From positions 1 to 34,326 of the forward strand of contig CAYSEL010000077.1 in the NCBI GenBank assembly GCA_964430035.1: a DNA stretch of 34,326 bases, given 5' to 3'. The position numbers and the translations under genes are program-made. This stretch comes from an uncultured Candidatus Bathyarchaeia archaeon. GTDB lineage: Archaea; Thermoproteota; Bathyarchaeia; Bathyarchaeales; DTEX01. The notes under the pieces were generated by a model that was not told where the DNA came from, did no database searches, and worked only from the letters and a program-made list of their open reading frames with translations. This document shows, in pieces, positions 26,407 to 34,326 of the stretch (its first letter is position 1; each line of letters opens with the position of its first letter).

Positions 26407-26615
26407 CGTGGGCGTCACTGTGTTCCGCGCAACTAACACCCAGCATCACAGCGGAGCGGGCACGCTCCTCTTAGCTAGGCTCTCTCTAGCGCGGAGTTTT
26501 TTACGCCCACGCCAGCCTTGTCCCGCTTCTGGGTAAACCCTTCCTCATTCATGGTAAACTTGCCATTTCTGTCGGGTCCGTTTAAGCGGGTCCTCATGAA
26601 CGAGGTTCAGGCTGG
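26407..26615. ncRNA. GC-rich two-domain structured element, candidate ncRNA of unknown class
   Basis: No ORF of 60 aa or more explains this convergent intergenic stretch. Domain 1: 9-bp helix 26407-26415/26503-26511 (cgtgggcgt/acgcccacg), 6-bp helix 26425-26430/26489-26494 (ccgcgc/gcgcgg), and hairpin 26453-26458/26463-26468 (ggagcg/cgctcc). Domain 2: 7-bp helix 26512-26518/26609-26615 (ccagcct/aggctgg), 7-bp helix 26522-26528/26584-26590 (cccgctt/aagcggg), and hairpins 26551-26554/26563-26566 and 26592-26595/26602-26605. An internal T6 (26497-26502) on the plus strand and a TAAATA box on the minus strand (26637-26642) favour minus-strand transcription, but the stems carry no G.U pairs to decide the strand. 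Confidence 0.4.
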
Positions 26616-26708
26616 ATTTGAAGCTCATATCATCGCTATTTAGGATGAAATAGGAGACTTAAGATAAATGTTGCTATTTTTCAGATTTCTTGGCAGCATT
26701 TGTTAAAA

Positions 26709-28415
26709 TCAAGGGTTTTGGCCTCTCTTTTTCAGATATACTCTCAGCTTATCAAGGTCAACTTCAAAGGCCGCAGCGGGATTTTCAAGGTTCCAGTTTC
26801 GGAGCACTTGGGGGTGAATCTCCCCTATGATGCCTATAACTTCGTCGGCGACAAGCATTTTCCCGGTTCTTCCATCAATGAAACTGTCATGATGGCACGC
26901 TTCTATGTCATAGCAAATGCCTAGATCAGTCAAGAATGCGTCCAGCATTGACTTTGCTTCTGTAAAACCAGCGTTAGAATGAATTGTCACAGCTGCAACC
27001 TTGTCTAATTCCAAGATCTTATTCTCTTGTTTTTCATCGTGAATAACACAGGAACCTATCTCAAATATTTTTTGGGGATATTCAACATGGATGTTGTGGC
27101 TTAAGAACTCCATTAGGCTTGGAAGCAGCCAATTCCTAAGACATGTCATAAAGGTATGTTTGGGATTAGCAATCTCAACAACCTTCTCAGGTTTAAGGTT
27201 CATTTTCGTGAAGAGAACGTCAGGATTAGTCATCGAGTATGTGAGAACCTCTTGAAATCCTAAGCCAATCATGATCTCTTTGGCGAGATCTCGGAACTTT
27301 GTCTTCTCCGATAAGCCTCCAACAGTCGGCAACTGAGGCCATCTTGTTTGAACCTTGTTATAATCATATGCTATGGCTACGTCTTCCACAATGTCGATCT
27401 GGTGAAGCACATCTACACGGTAGCATGGCACCTCCACGGTTAGGTATGACCTTGAAACCTTGGATATCCCATACCTAAATCTTTCTAGGAGGTCTTTGAT
27501 CTCCAATGGAGCGAGGTCTAATCCGAGAATTGACTTCACATAGTCAACCTTTATCTTAAACCTTTCAGTCTCAAGATTAGGAGTCACTTCAACACTCATA
27601 TCTTCATACGGATAATGAATTTTCGTCGAGTAAATTTTGCCGCCGCGATCAGCCAAAGCAAGAGTAACATTCTTCAATATATCAAGCACAGTTTTGTGGG
27701 ATGTCCCAGTGACCTCGACAAGTATATTAACTGTTCCTTCAGTTATCCTTCCAAGATCATTGGAGTTTATTATCGGAGGGAACGACAGCACCTTACCTGC
27801 AGAATCCATAAATATAGGCCAGACTGGATACGGCCGGACAAGGTGAGCATACTTTAAACCTTTAGGATGCCGGTCAAGAATCTCCTCAAGCGTTAATTCC
27901 TCTTCAAACTCGAGTGGGACAAAACGAGTTTTTTCTGGTTTAGACACAGCGTACTTCAATGGGGGAGTAATGAAATCAAAGTTATAGAGGCCTATAGATG
28001 TCCTCCTTCGCCCTCTTCCATAGGTTTCGTCCAGTTTGTCTTGAAAGCGCATTATTTGGCGGATCGCTGCATCTGTCAGATTAACGCCCTTCACAACTGA
28101 ACACGCAATATAGGGTCGGATTTCTTTAAGTCTCAGATCTACATGGATCTCTACTCTTGAATCGCCTACAACCTTGTAATCTTTTAATCCTTTCTCTATA
28201 TTTAAGATTCCTTTTAACGCTCTAGAGAAACCTTCAATACTCCACAAGTCAGCACGGTTACTGTCTTTGAATTCCACATGGGCCTCTTTATCATTAATCT
28301 GTTTGACCTCGCCTTTCACATATGCAAGAATCTCGTTCAGTTCATCTTCTTTCCTTGGAAGTTTAATAGTGAGTAACGATTCGAGATCTTCTAAATCAAA
28401 TTCGACTGTAGGCAT
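26709..28415 (-). CDS. pheT: phenylalanyl-tRNA synthetase beta subunit
   Basis: 568 aa with the archaeal PheT N-terminus MPTVEFDLEDLESLL and B3/4- and B5-like regions. Its start codon directly abuts the pheS stop. Confidence 0.9.
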   Translation of the reverse strand: MPTVEFDLEDLESLLTIKLPRKEDELNEILAYVKGEVKQINDKEAHVEFKDSNRADLWSIEGFSRALKGILNIEKGLKDYKVVGDSRVEIHVDLRLKEIRPYIACSVVKGVNLTDAAIRQIMRFQDKLDETYGRGRRRTSIGLYNFDFITPPLKYAVSKPEKTRFVPLEFEEELTLEEILDRHPKGLKYAHLVRPYPVWPIFMDSAGKVLSFPPIINSNDLGRITEGTVNILVEVTGTSHKTVLDILKNVTLALADRGGKIYSTKIHYPYEDMSVEVTPNLETERFKIKVDYVKSILGLDLAPLEIKDLLERFRYGISKVSRSYLTVEVPCYRVDVLHQIDIVEDVAIAYDYNKVQTRWPQLPTVGGLSEKTKFRDLAKEIMIGLGFQEVLTYSMTNPDVLFTKMNLKPEKVVEIANPKHTFMTCLRNWLLPSLMEFLSHNIHVEYPQKIFEIGSCVIHDEKQENKILELDKVAAVTIHSNAGFTEAKSMLDAFLTDLGICYDIEACHHDSFIDGRTGKMLVADEVIGIIGEIHPQVLRNWNLENPAAAFEVDLDKLRVYLKKRGQNP

Positions 28416-29927
28416 TTATGTCATCTCCGCCCGTCTTAACCAGTCTAAGTTTTGGGTGAATAAATAACGGATGTCATCAACTCCCGCTTTCATCATGAAG
28501 AGCCTGTCGACACCCAACCCCCAAGCCAAGACAGGCACCTTAACCCCTAAAGGCAACGTTACTTCTGGACGGAAAATTCCTGAACCGCCAAACTCCATCC
28601 AACCGTGACCTTTCTTGTAGGCGATGAGTTCGACGCTCGGTTCAGTGAAAGGGAAATAGTCTGGCCTATATTTGACCTTATCCGCACCTGCAACATCAAT
28701 TGCAAATTTCTCGAGTACACCAAGTAAGTCTCGAAGAGTTAAACCTTCACCTACAACTATGCCTTCAACTTGATTGAACTCTGTTAAATGGGTCTTGTCA
28801 ACTAACTCGGGTCGGTAACACCGTGCAATCGCAAAGTATTTCCCGGGAATCTCTAACTCTCTGCTTATCAATGCTCGAATGCTTACGGAAGTCGTGTGGC
28901 TACGTAAGATCAAACGGGCGGCTTCGACCACAGAGAAAGGATAGCCCCACCCTTTGGATCCTGTCTTCCATCCTCTTTCATGGGTCTCCTTTACGTTTTC
29001 TAAGAACTGCTTGTACTCCTTAAGGTTGCCATAGTTTGGTTCTTTTATAAAGTACATATCATGTACTTCTCTTGCCGGATGATCTTGAGGCATGAAAAGT
29101 GCGTCGCAATTGAAAAAGCTCAGCTCAACAATCGGTCCAGACATCTCTTTGAAACCTAAAGCAACAAGTTTCTCTTTTAACTCGTCCAAAAACCTAAGGT
29201 AAGGATGCTTCTTGCCATGCCAAACGCAAGCTACTGGGGCTTTGATATCATATTCTTTTAGTTCTACCTCTCGCCACTTCCCAGATACTATAAGCTCAGG
29301 GGTGAGTTGGCTAACCTCTTTTACGATTTCAACTTCACTCTCAACCGTTTTCCAGCCTTCTTCTGTCAACTCTAACTCTCTCAAAGTTTCTTCGCGGATG
29401 TTGAGGAGGTTTCTTCTTTTCAAAGTTTGAACAGCTTCTCTAAGTTTGCTGTCCAGATTCTCCACGACAACTATTTCTTTCTCTCTCAAATGCGATAGTA
29501 GCCTCTCATCGTCTCCTTCTGATGGCTTCTTCAATAGCTCTATCTTGCCCTCTCTAGGCTTCGCTCTTGCCCATCCTTTTCGGATAGCCCAGCCTAAAGC
29601 AATTGCGTAAAGCTCCTGCTTTAATGAAGTTGCTCTCAGTGCATCATCGATAGGGGCTTCCCCGCCTAAACCCTGTAATGCGTTTATAAGTTGCCTCTCC
29701 GGTAACCCTCTCTCTGAGTATGTTCTTCCCTCATCGTTAAGGGTGATTAGAGATCTCTTTTTCTCGTGAACCTTCAGTAAATTCCGTGATCCGAGCGACA
29801 TAACTGCACGCATAACCGCCGAGTGTGCTAAACCGCTGATTTTTTCAATTCCATCAACTGTGAAACGGCCGCCTCCATCTTTAAGTATCTGCAATATTGA
29901 GGCTTCATTTTCTCGGAGCTTAACCAT
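28416..29927 (-). CDS. pheS: phenylalanyl-tRNA synthetase alpha subunit
   Basis: 503 aa with N-terminal winged-helix repeats and class II motifs (FMPQDHPARE, RSHTTSV, YRPDYFPFTEPSVE, GLGVDRLFM). Confidence 0.9.
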   Translation of the reverse strand: MVKLRENEASILQILKDGGGRFTVDGIEKISGLAHSAVMRAVMSLGSRNLLKVHEKKRSLITLNDEGRTYSERGLPERQLINALQGLGGEAPIDDALRATSLKQELYAIALGWAIRKGWARAKPREGKIELLKKPSEGDDERLLSHLREKEIVVVENLDSKLREAVQTLKRRNLLNIREETLRELELTEEGWKTVESEVEIVKEVSQLTPELIVSGKWREVELKEYDIKAPVACVWHGKKHPYLRFLDELKEKLVALGFKEMSGPIVELSFFNCDALFMPQDHPAREVHDMYFIKEPNYGNLKEYKQFLENVKETHERGWKTGSKGWGYPFSVVEAARLILRSHTTSVSIRALISRELEIPGKYFAIARCYRPELVDKTHLTEFNQVEGIVVGEGLTLRDLLGVLEKFAIDVAGADKVKYRPDYFPFTEPSVELIAYKKGHGWMEFGGSGIFRPEVTLPLGVKVPVLAWGLGVDRLFMMKAGVDDIRYLFTQNLDWLRRAEMT

Positions 29928-30092
29928 GTTTTAAGCCTTCTAGCATCCTTTCGAACTCTACAATCTACTAACGTTTCAGTCAATGCCTTAAGGTAATAGC
30001 CAATATTTTCCTTAATAAATTTAATTTTGTGCAGAAACATTAAGTCCTATAGTCTGCTAAACGTTCTCACTTTGAACCAGCATTTTCCTATA

Positions 30093-31127
30093 CTAGGCGA
30101 ACCAAGCTTCTAAGGTTTTTTTCGCTTTAGACTTCTTCATGCCCTCAATCGCCTTCTCAATTGCCTTTTTTACACGATCTTCTGAGAAGTCCCTTTCTTT
30201 GCAGAGAAACTCTACAATAGCCTCAATGTCGGGTTCGCCCCATTCGATTTTGTATTCGTCGGTAACTTTGGGGCGCAAAAATATTTCCCTTATAAACTCT
30301 GGTTTAACGGGGAATTCGGCATCTTTCAGTTCAGAAAGAGCGTTTTCTAAAGAACCGTATTTCTTTATCAGTTTAAGCGCTGTCTTCGGACCCATGCCTT
30401 TCACGCCGTCTGGGTTAAAGTCTGTGCCTATTAGAATCCCAATGTCGATGAGCTGCTCGTGAGTGATTCCTAACTCCTCCAAAACCCTTTTCAGTTCAAT
30501 TATTTCTGGAACAACTTCGACGTAGACGTTCTTCCTCGGCAGCTTTCTTCTACCTGAAATGGTCAAATTTCTCAACAGACATGGCGCCCCGAAGAGCAAG
30601 CTGTCAAAATCTTGGCTTGCACAATAATCTGCATCCCCCTTTTTGACTATATTTGCCGCCTGAGCTTCCCCTTCCGAAGGAGCTTGCACCCAAGGAATAC
30701 CCATGCAGGAAAGGAGACGTTTCGAGTCTTCAGCCATATAATCCTTAAGGCGGGATGTCATCTGGGCATAGATCCTCGCCTCTTCAATCTTGCCTTCACT
30801 TACATATCTTTCATACTTTATTTGCGCCTCTTCTTTGACCTTTGATCTTCTCTTGATCTCGGCTTCTTTAAGTGCTGGCGGTGTCCCGTCAAACACATAG
30901 ATGACTTTTATTCCCATCTCGATAAGGTTGCATGTTCTATAGAAGAGTCCACTGAGATGACTGGTTATTCTTCCACTATGGTCTTGAAGAGGAGTGCCAT
31001 CAGGCTGTCGTATAATCGCGAGAAACTGGTACAACGCGTTATAAGCGTCAATAGCTACTTTTTTTCCGTTAAGGTTCTTTAGACCCACCGTAGTTCTAGG
31101 TACAAGATCACCCAAATCTACACCCAT
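30093..31127 (-). CDS. fen: flap endonuclease 1
   Basis: MGVDLGDLV start (ATG 31127; the track ORF begins at TTG 31163). VFDGTPP, APSEGEAQAA and GTDFN motifs, an H3TH region, and a C-terminal PIP-like TLEAWF. Confidence 0.9.
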   Translation of the reverse strand: MGVDLGDLVPRTTVGLKNLNGKKVAIDAYNALYQFLAIIRQPDGTPLQDHSGRITSHLSGLFYRTCNLIEMGIKVIYVFDGTPPALKEAEIKRRSKVKEEAQIKYERYVSEGKIEEARIYAQMTSRLKDYMAEDSKRLLSCMGIPWVQAPSEGEAQAANIVKKGDADYCASQDFDSLLFGAPCLLRNLTISGRRKLPRKNVYVEVVPEIIELKRVLEELGITHEQLIDIGILIGTDFNPDGVKGMGPKTALKLIKKYGSLENALSELKDAEFPVKPEFIREIFLRPKVTDEYKIEWGEPDIEAIVEFLCKERDFSEDRVKKAIEKAIEGMKKSKAKKTLEAWFA

Positions 31128-31289
31128 ACTATTCTCAATCCCTTCTATTTTTTGTAAGTTCAAGAATAAACAGACTGGCCGTCAAATCGTTAAGAAGTGA
31201 AAGGATATAAAGTTTTCCGGCGAATTTTATTTTGGCATATGCAAACATTAAATATGAATGTAGTTAATCCAACCTAAAGATGAGTAAGC

Positions 31290-32213
31290 ATGATGAATTA
31301 TCAATTGCGTGTCCGCGAACTAACGGTGGCAGAAATTTTAGGCAAGTCTTTCAAGATTTACTTCTCCCAATTCGAGATATTCTTAGCACCTTTCTTGCTC
31401 AGTAGCTTTGCAAACACTGCCATCAGAGAGATCATCATGACTCTTCTTCCACCCTTCAATCTTCCTGAAAGCTTGAGTGAAGGTTTCTTTCTATACTTGA
31501 TCGATTATCTTTCGATCGCGATCCCTGTTTTTAGCGCATTTCTCATGATAAGCTGGGTCATAAACACCTTATCTTCTGGGATAGCTACAGCATGCTCTTA
31601 CGATGTGATTGAAGGGAGAATACCCAATCTTAAAACCAGTTTAGCCTTTATTCTTTCGAAGATTTGGCCGCTTCTCGCAGTCGGTTTCATAACAGGCGTT
31701 CTAACAGTTATCGGTTTCATACTCCTCATTATTCCCGGCGTACTTGTCGCAATCATGTTCAGCCTATCAATCCAAATAGCGACTATTGAGCAGGTAAGCG
31801 CAACCTTGAGTCTTCAAAGAAGTAAAAAGTTAGTGGCTGATAGGTGGGGGAAAGTATTCGCAATTCTCTTGTCAACCTCTCTCATAATTGCTGTGATGTA
31901 CGTGATAGGAAGTGCTGTCGGAAAAATAATAGGAGTATCTAACACGCTTGTAAAAGGTTTGATTGAAAGCGTTTTTGTTTCTCTCGCTCAGCCACTGCAA
32001 CCATTAAGTATGACTTGTCTTTACCATTCATTGCGAATGAAAGAAATTATGTGTGCACGAAGGGAGGTAATTCCACCCGTTTCCCCACCTCAAGTCCAAA
32101 CCTATGCAGACGGCTTAATAGGTTTTCATCCTAGGTTTTGCTATAAATGTGGACAGAAGCTTACTTTTGACGCTGTTTACTGTCCACAATGTGGAGTGCG
32201 AGTACGATCTTAA
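31290..32213 (+). CDS. polytopic membrane protein with C-terminal zinc ribbon
   Basis: About 6 hydrophobic segments followed by CYKCGQKLTFDAVYCPQCG (CxxC-x10-CxxC). No family assigned. Confidence 0.45.
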   Translation: MMNYQLRVRELTVAEILGKSFKIYFSQFEIFLAPFLLSSFANTAIREIIMTLLPPFNLPESLSEGFFLYLIDYLSIAIPVFSAFLMISWVINTLSSGIATACSYDVIEGRIPNLKTSLAFILSKIWPLLAVGFITGVLTVIGFILLIIPGVLVAIMFSLSIQIATIEQVSATLSLQRSKKLVADRWGKVFAILLSTSLIIAVMYVIGSAVGKIIGVSNTLVKGLIESVFVSLAQPLQPLSMTCLYHSLRMKEIMCARREVIPPVSPPQVQTYADGLIGFHPRFCYKCGQKLTFDAVYCPQCGVRVRS

Positions 32214-32241
32214 CCGTAGGTTCCAAACTCATTATTAAGGC

Positions 32242-32247
32242 TTTTTT
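32242..32247 (+). terminator. oligo-T tract after the membrane/zinc-ribbon gene
   Basis: T6 lies 29 nt after the stop codon and ahead of the ligase promoter region. Confidence 0.3.
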
Positions 32248-32298
32248 AATCGGTCAGTTTAAAGGACGCTTAGTTTTAATATTTCTTGTAAGAAAGTT

Positions 32299-34077
32299 AT
32301 GATGGGGAAGTTCACATTGGATTATTCCTTGGTTGCGGACGCTTACGAAAGAATTGAAGATACGACGAAAAGGTTAGAGATGACTGATTACCTTGTCGAC
32401 TTTTTTAAGAAAACACCGAAAACGATAATCGACAAAGTTGTATACCTCACACAAGGAAAACTTTACCCGGACTTCACTGGGATTGAGATAGGAATAGCGG
32501 AAAAATTAGCGGTTAAAGCAGTTGCCAGAGCGACAGGAAGAAAAGAGAGCGAAATTGAAGAGGACTTAAAAAGGACTGGTGACCTTGGAGAAACAGCTCA
32601 AAAATTGTTGGAGAAAAAGCTTCAATCAACCTTCTTTACACATCCACTTACGGTAGAGCGGGTTTACCAAACCCTTGATAAAATGGCAAAAGCTTCAGGC
32701 TCAGGGTCCATGGATCAGAAGATAACCCTTCTGACTGGTTTGCTGGTTGACGCTACACCGAAAGAAGCAAAATACCTTATCAGAACGGTGACAAGCAAAC
32801 TCCGACTTGGAATAGCTGATATGACAGTCCTCGACGCGTTGGCTATAGCATATGGGGGTGGAAAAGATGCGAGACCACTACTAGAAAGGGCATACAATGT
32901 TTCTTCAGATCTCGGAAGGGTTGCGAGAGTTGTTGCGGATAAAGGTGTAGAAGGGCTAGGAGACTTCACGGTCTCTGTGGGATGCCCTGTAAGACCAATG
33001 CTTGCTGAACGTTTGAGCTCTCCCAAAGAGATTCTTGAAAAACTAGGAGGCAAATGCATAGCGGAATACAAATATGACGGAGAGAGAATACAAGCTCACA
33101 AAGACGGGGACCAGGTGATCCTATTCTCAAGGAGGCTTGAAAATATTACGGATCAGTATCCTGACGCTGTTGAATTGATTCGGGAGAAAATTGTTCCTCG
33201 AAGGGTGATAATCGAGGCTGAATGCGTTGCTGTGGACCTGGATACAGGTGAGATGAAACCATTCCAAGAGCTTATGCATCGAAGACGAAAATATGGAATT
33301 CAAGATGCGATAAAAGAATATCCTGTCTCACTCTTCGTATTTGACGTTCTTTATTTAGATGGGAAAGACCTAACGATGGAGCCATATACCATTCGACACA
33401 ACTTTCTTGAAAAGATCGTTAAAGCGGATGAACGGATCAACATAGCCAAGTACATAATAACAAGCGATATTGAGGAGCTTGAGCGTTTCTTTGAGGAAGC
33501 AATAGAGAACGGCTGCGAAGGGCTGGTATGCAAATCAATAAGCGATGAATCAGTGTACCAGGCGGGGGCGAGAGGATGGCTATGGATAAAGTATAAAAGG
33601 GATTACAAAAGCGAGATGACAGACACCGTGGAACTGGTAGTAGTAGGTGCCTTTCACGGTAGAGGAAAAAGAGCGGGTACATACGGGGCGCTTTTACTTG
33701 CTGCCTATAACCCAGAGGATGATGTCTTTGAAACTGTCTGCAAATGCGGGTCCGGCTTCACAGATGCAGACCTTGAAAAAATCCCGAGAATGATGGAGAT
33801 GCATCGTATTCCTCATCGCCATTCTAGAGTTGAGTCGAAGCTTGAAGCCGATATATGGTTTGAACCTAAAATAGTTCTCGAAATCATAGGAGCTGAAATC
33901 ACCCTAAGTCCGATACATACTTGCGCAGCGGGCATCATCAGGAAAGGAAGCGGTCTAGCTATTAGGTTTCCAAGATTTACTGGAAACTACCGAATAGATA
34001 AAGCAGCAGAGGACGCAACAACAGTAAATGAAATAATTGAAATGTATAAAAGCCAGCTAAAAACCATAGAATCATAA
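32299..34077 (+). CDS. lig: ATP-dependent DNA ligase
   Basis: 592 aa. Adenylation motif I AEYKYDGERIQ, FDVLYLDG, EGLVCK, WIKYKRDY, and an OB-fold C-terminus with RFPRF. Confidence 0.9.
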   Translation: MMGKFTLDYSLVADAYERIEDTTKRLEMTDYLVDFFKKTPKTIIDKVVYLTQGKLYPDFTGIEIGIAEKLAVKAVARATGRKESEIEEDLKRTGDLGETAQKLLEKKLQSTFFTHPLTVERVYQTLDKMAKASGSGSMDQKITLLTGLLVDATPKEAKYLIRTVTSKLRLGIADMTVLDALAIAYGGGKDARPLLERAYNVSSDLGRVARVVADKGVEGLGDFTVSVGCPVRPMLAERLSSPKEILEKLGGKCIAEYKYDGERIQAHKDGDQVILFSRRLENITDQYPDAVELIREKIVPRRVIIEAECVAVDLDTGEMKPFQELMHRRRKYGIQDAIKEYPVSLFVFDVLYLDGKDLTMEPYTIRHNFLEKIVKADERINIAKYIITSDIEELERFFEEAIENGCEGLVCKSISDESVYQAGARGWLWIKYKRDYKSEMTDTVELVVVGAFHGRGKRAGTYGALLLAAYNPEDDVFETVCKCGSGFTDADLEKIPRMMEMHRIPHRHSRVESKLEADIWFEPKIVLEIIGAEITLSPIHTCAAGIIRKGSGLAIRFPRFTGNYRIDKAAEDATTVNEIIEMYKSQLKTIES

Positions 34078-34082
34078 AGTCC

Positions 34083-34096
34083 AAAAACAAAAATAA
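34083..34096 (-). terminator. double oligo-T tract (minus strand) ending the hairpin array
   Basis: The plus strand reads AAAAACAAAAATAA, which is UUAUUUUUGUUUUU on the minus strand, ~30 nt beyond the last hairpin unit. It sits between the ligase stop and the array, so it can only terminate leftward transcription. Confidence 0.35.
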
Positions 34097-34124
34097 CCAT
34101 AAACCCAAGCTGAGTCTAAGCCTC

Positions 34125-34326
34125 AAGCGCATGACCAGCCCGGAAAGGCATTATCTTTAACGCATACTAGCCTTCAGCCGTTTCAGCTAGTATGCTCAAT
34201 GCCTTCCGCATTGCGCTTAAAGTATTGCCCGGCCCATTGAAGCAAGTCTTTATCGCGCACTAATCTTCAGCCGTTTGGATTAGCGCACTCTTGCTTCAAT
34301 GCAATACTTGAAGCATACTTCTCAGC
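34125..34326 (-). ncRNA. tandem array of ~93-nt three-stem hairpin units (2 complete, a third cut by the window edge), candidate novel structured RNA
   Basis: Unit A spans 34125-34218, unit B 34220-34309, and unit C starts at 34311. Each unit has stem 1 (7-9 bp), a 7-nt one-sided bulge (accagcc / cccggcc / tctcagc), stem 2 (11-12 bp), an asymmetric internal loop (atctttaac / tctttatc against 1-2 nt), stem 3 (10-11 bp), and an apical loop holding the identical 11-mer ttcagccgttt. Stem sequences differ between units but pairing is kept. Two A.C mismatches in unit B stem 3 on the plus strand become G.U pairs on the minus strand. Confidence 0.5.

Noticed and set aside
26283-26474. 63-aa plus-strand ORF overlapping the L24e 3' end and the GC-rich element
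   Set aside because: It is out of frame with L24e, has no motifs, and crosses the oligo-T tract and the structured region. Judged spurious.
26475-26597. 40-aa minus-strand ORF (MRTRLNGPDRNGKFTMNEEGFTQKRDKAGVGVKNSALERA) inside the GC-rich element
   Set aside because: It has no SD, no recognisable small-protein family, and it coincides with dense nested helices. Kept only as an alternative explanation in the finding.
26407-26615. Assignment of the GC-rich element to tRNA (with intron), SRP RNA, RNase P RNA, 5S rRNA, or C/D or H/ACA guide RNA
   Set aside because: No D/T-arm sequences or UUCRAAU loop. No GGAA tetraloop with flanking CAGG/AGCA. An ACAGAAA is present on the minus strand, but there is no preceding GGAAAGUCC partner and the local hairpin uses those bases. 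For an H/ACA reading of domain 1, the pocket-to-ANA distance (~18 nt) and the 60-nt upper region do not fit. No RUGAUGA/CUGA pair at guide spacing.
34125-34326. CRISPR array, integron attC sites, or type III toxin-antitoxin RNA repeats as explanations for the tandem hairpins
   Set aside because: CRISPR and ToxI-type repeats are near-identical short units, whereas here only loops and bulges are conserved and the variable parts are self-complementary. For attC, the atctttaac loop loosely resembles an inverse core site, but it is unpaired with no matching GTTRRRY arm, and there are no cassette ORFs between units.
1-34326. Mobile elements, prophage, defence systems, rRNA/tRNA genes
   Set aside because: No transposase, integrase, Cas, restriction or toxin-like translations appear in any listed frame. 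I found no cloverleaf-compatible sequence in the intergenic regions I read (6773-6982, 7295-7517, 11102-11210, 11683-11893, 13291-13412, 17645-17722, 24397-24502, 24725-24861, 25291-25470, 26329-26708, 29928-30092, 31128-31289, 32214-32298, 34078-34326).

Overview
This is an archaeal chromosomal window made almost entirely of information-processing and core-metabolism genes. That assignment rests on Sec61-gamma/SecE, Spt5, the P0/P1 stalk, L7Ae-S28e-L24e, RpoD/RpoN, FEN1, an ATP-dependent DNA ligase and archaeal-type aminoacyl-tRNA synthetases. Gene order, left to right: argF, leuS, alaS and stalk protein P1 (all minus strand). Then secE-spt5-L11-L1-P0 (plus). Then dtdA and two stand-alone RAM-domain genes (minus). 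Then the S13-S4-S11-rpoD-L18e-L13-S9-rpoN-eno-S2 cluster, running directly into a Memo-like gene and the archaeal mevalonate/isoprenoid block (mvk, ipk, idi2, GGPP synthase), followed by gltX, a small Nfu protein, an orphan membrane protein and L7Ae-S28e-L24e (all plus). Then pheS-pheT and fen1 (minus), a membrane/zinc-ribbon protein and DNA ligase (plus). I found no tRNA, rRNA, CRISPR array, transposase, integrase or defence genes. The notable signals are non-coding or annotation-level. (1) A tandem array of at least 2.2 diverged ~93-nt hairpin units at the right edge (34125-34326). Their loops and bulges are conserved, their stems co-vary, and G.U pairs plus an oligo-T tract point to the minus strand. 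(2) A GC-rich, two-domain nested-helix element of ~210 nt (26407-26615) between the convergent L24e and pheT genes, which I cannot assign to a known RNA class. (3) A K-turn/K-loop candidate directly upstream of the Shine-Dalgarno (SD) sequence of the L7Ae gene. (4) A 59-aa SecE gene with a TTG start that is absent from the ORF track. (5) An S4 gene whose conserved N-terminus can only be reached from a CTG codon. (6) A P0 stalk protein that ends before the third P1-binding helix and the acidic tail, with the P1 gene inverted away from the operon. All protein calls come from reading motifs in the supplied translations. No database search was run.
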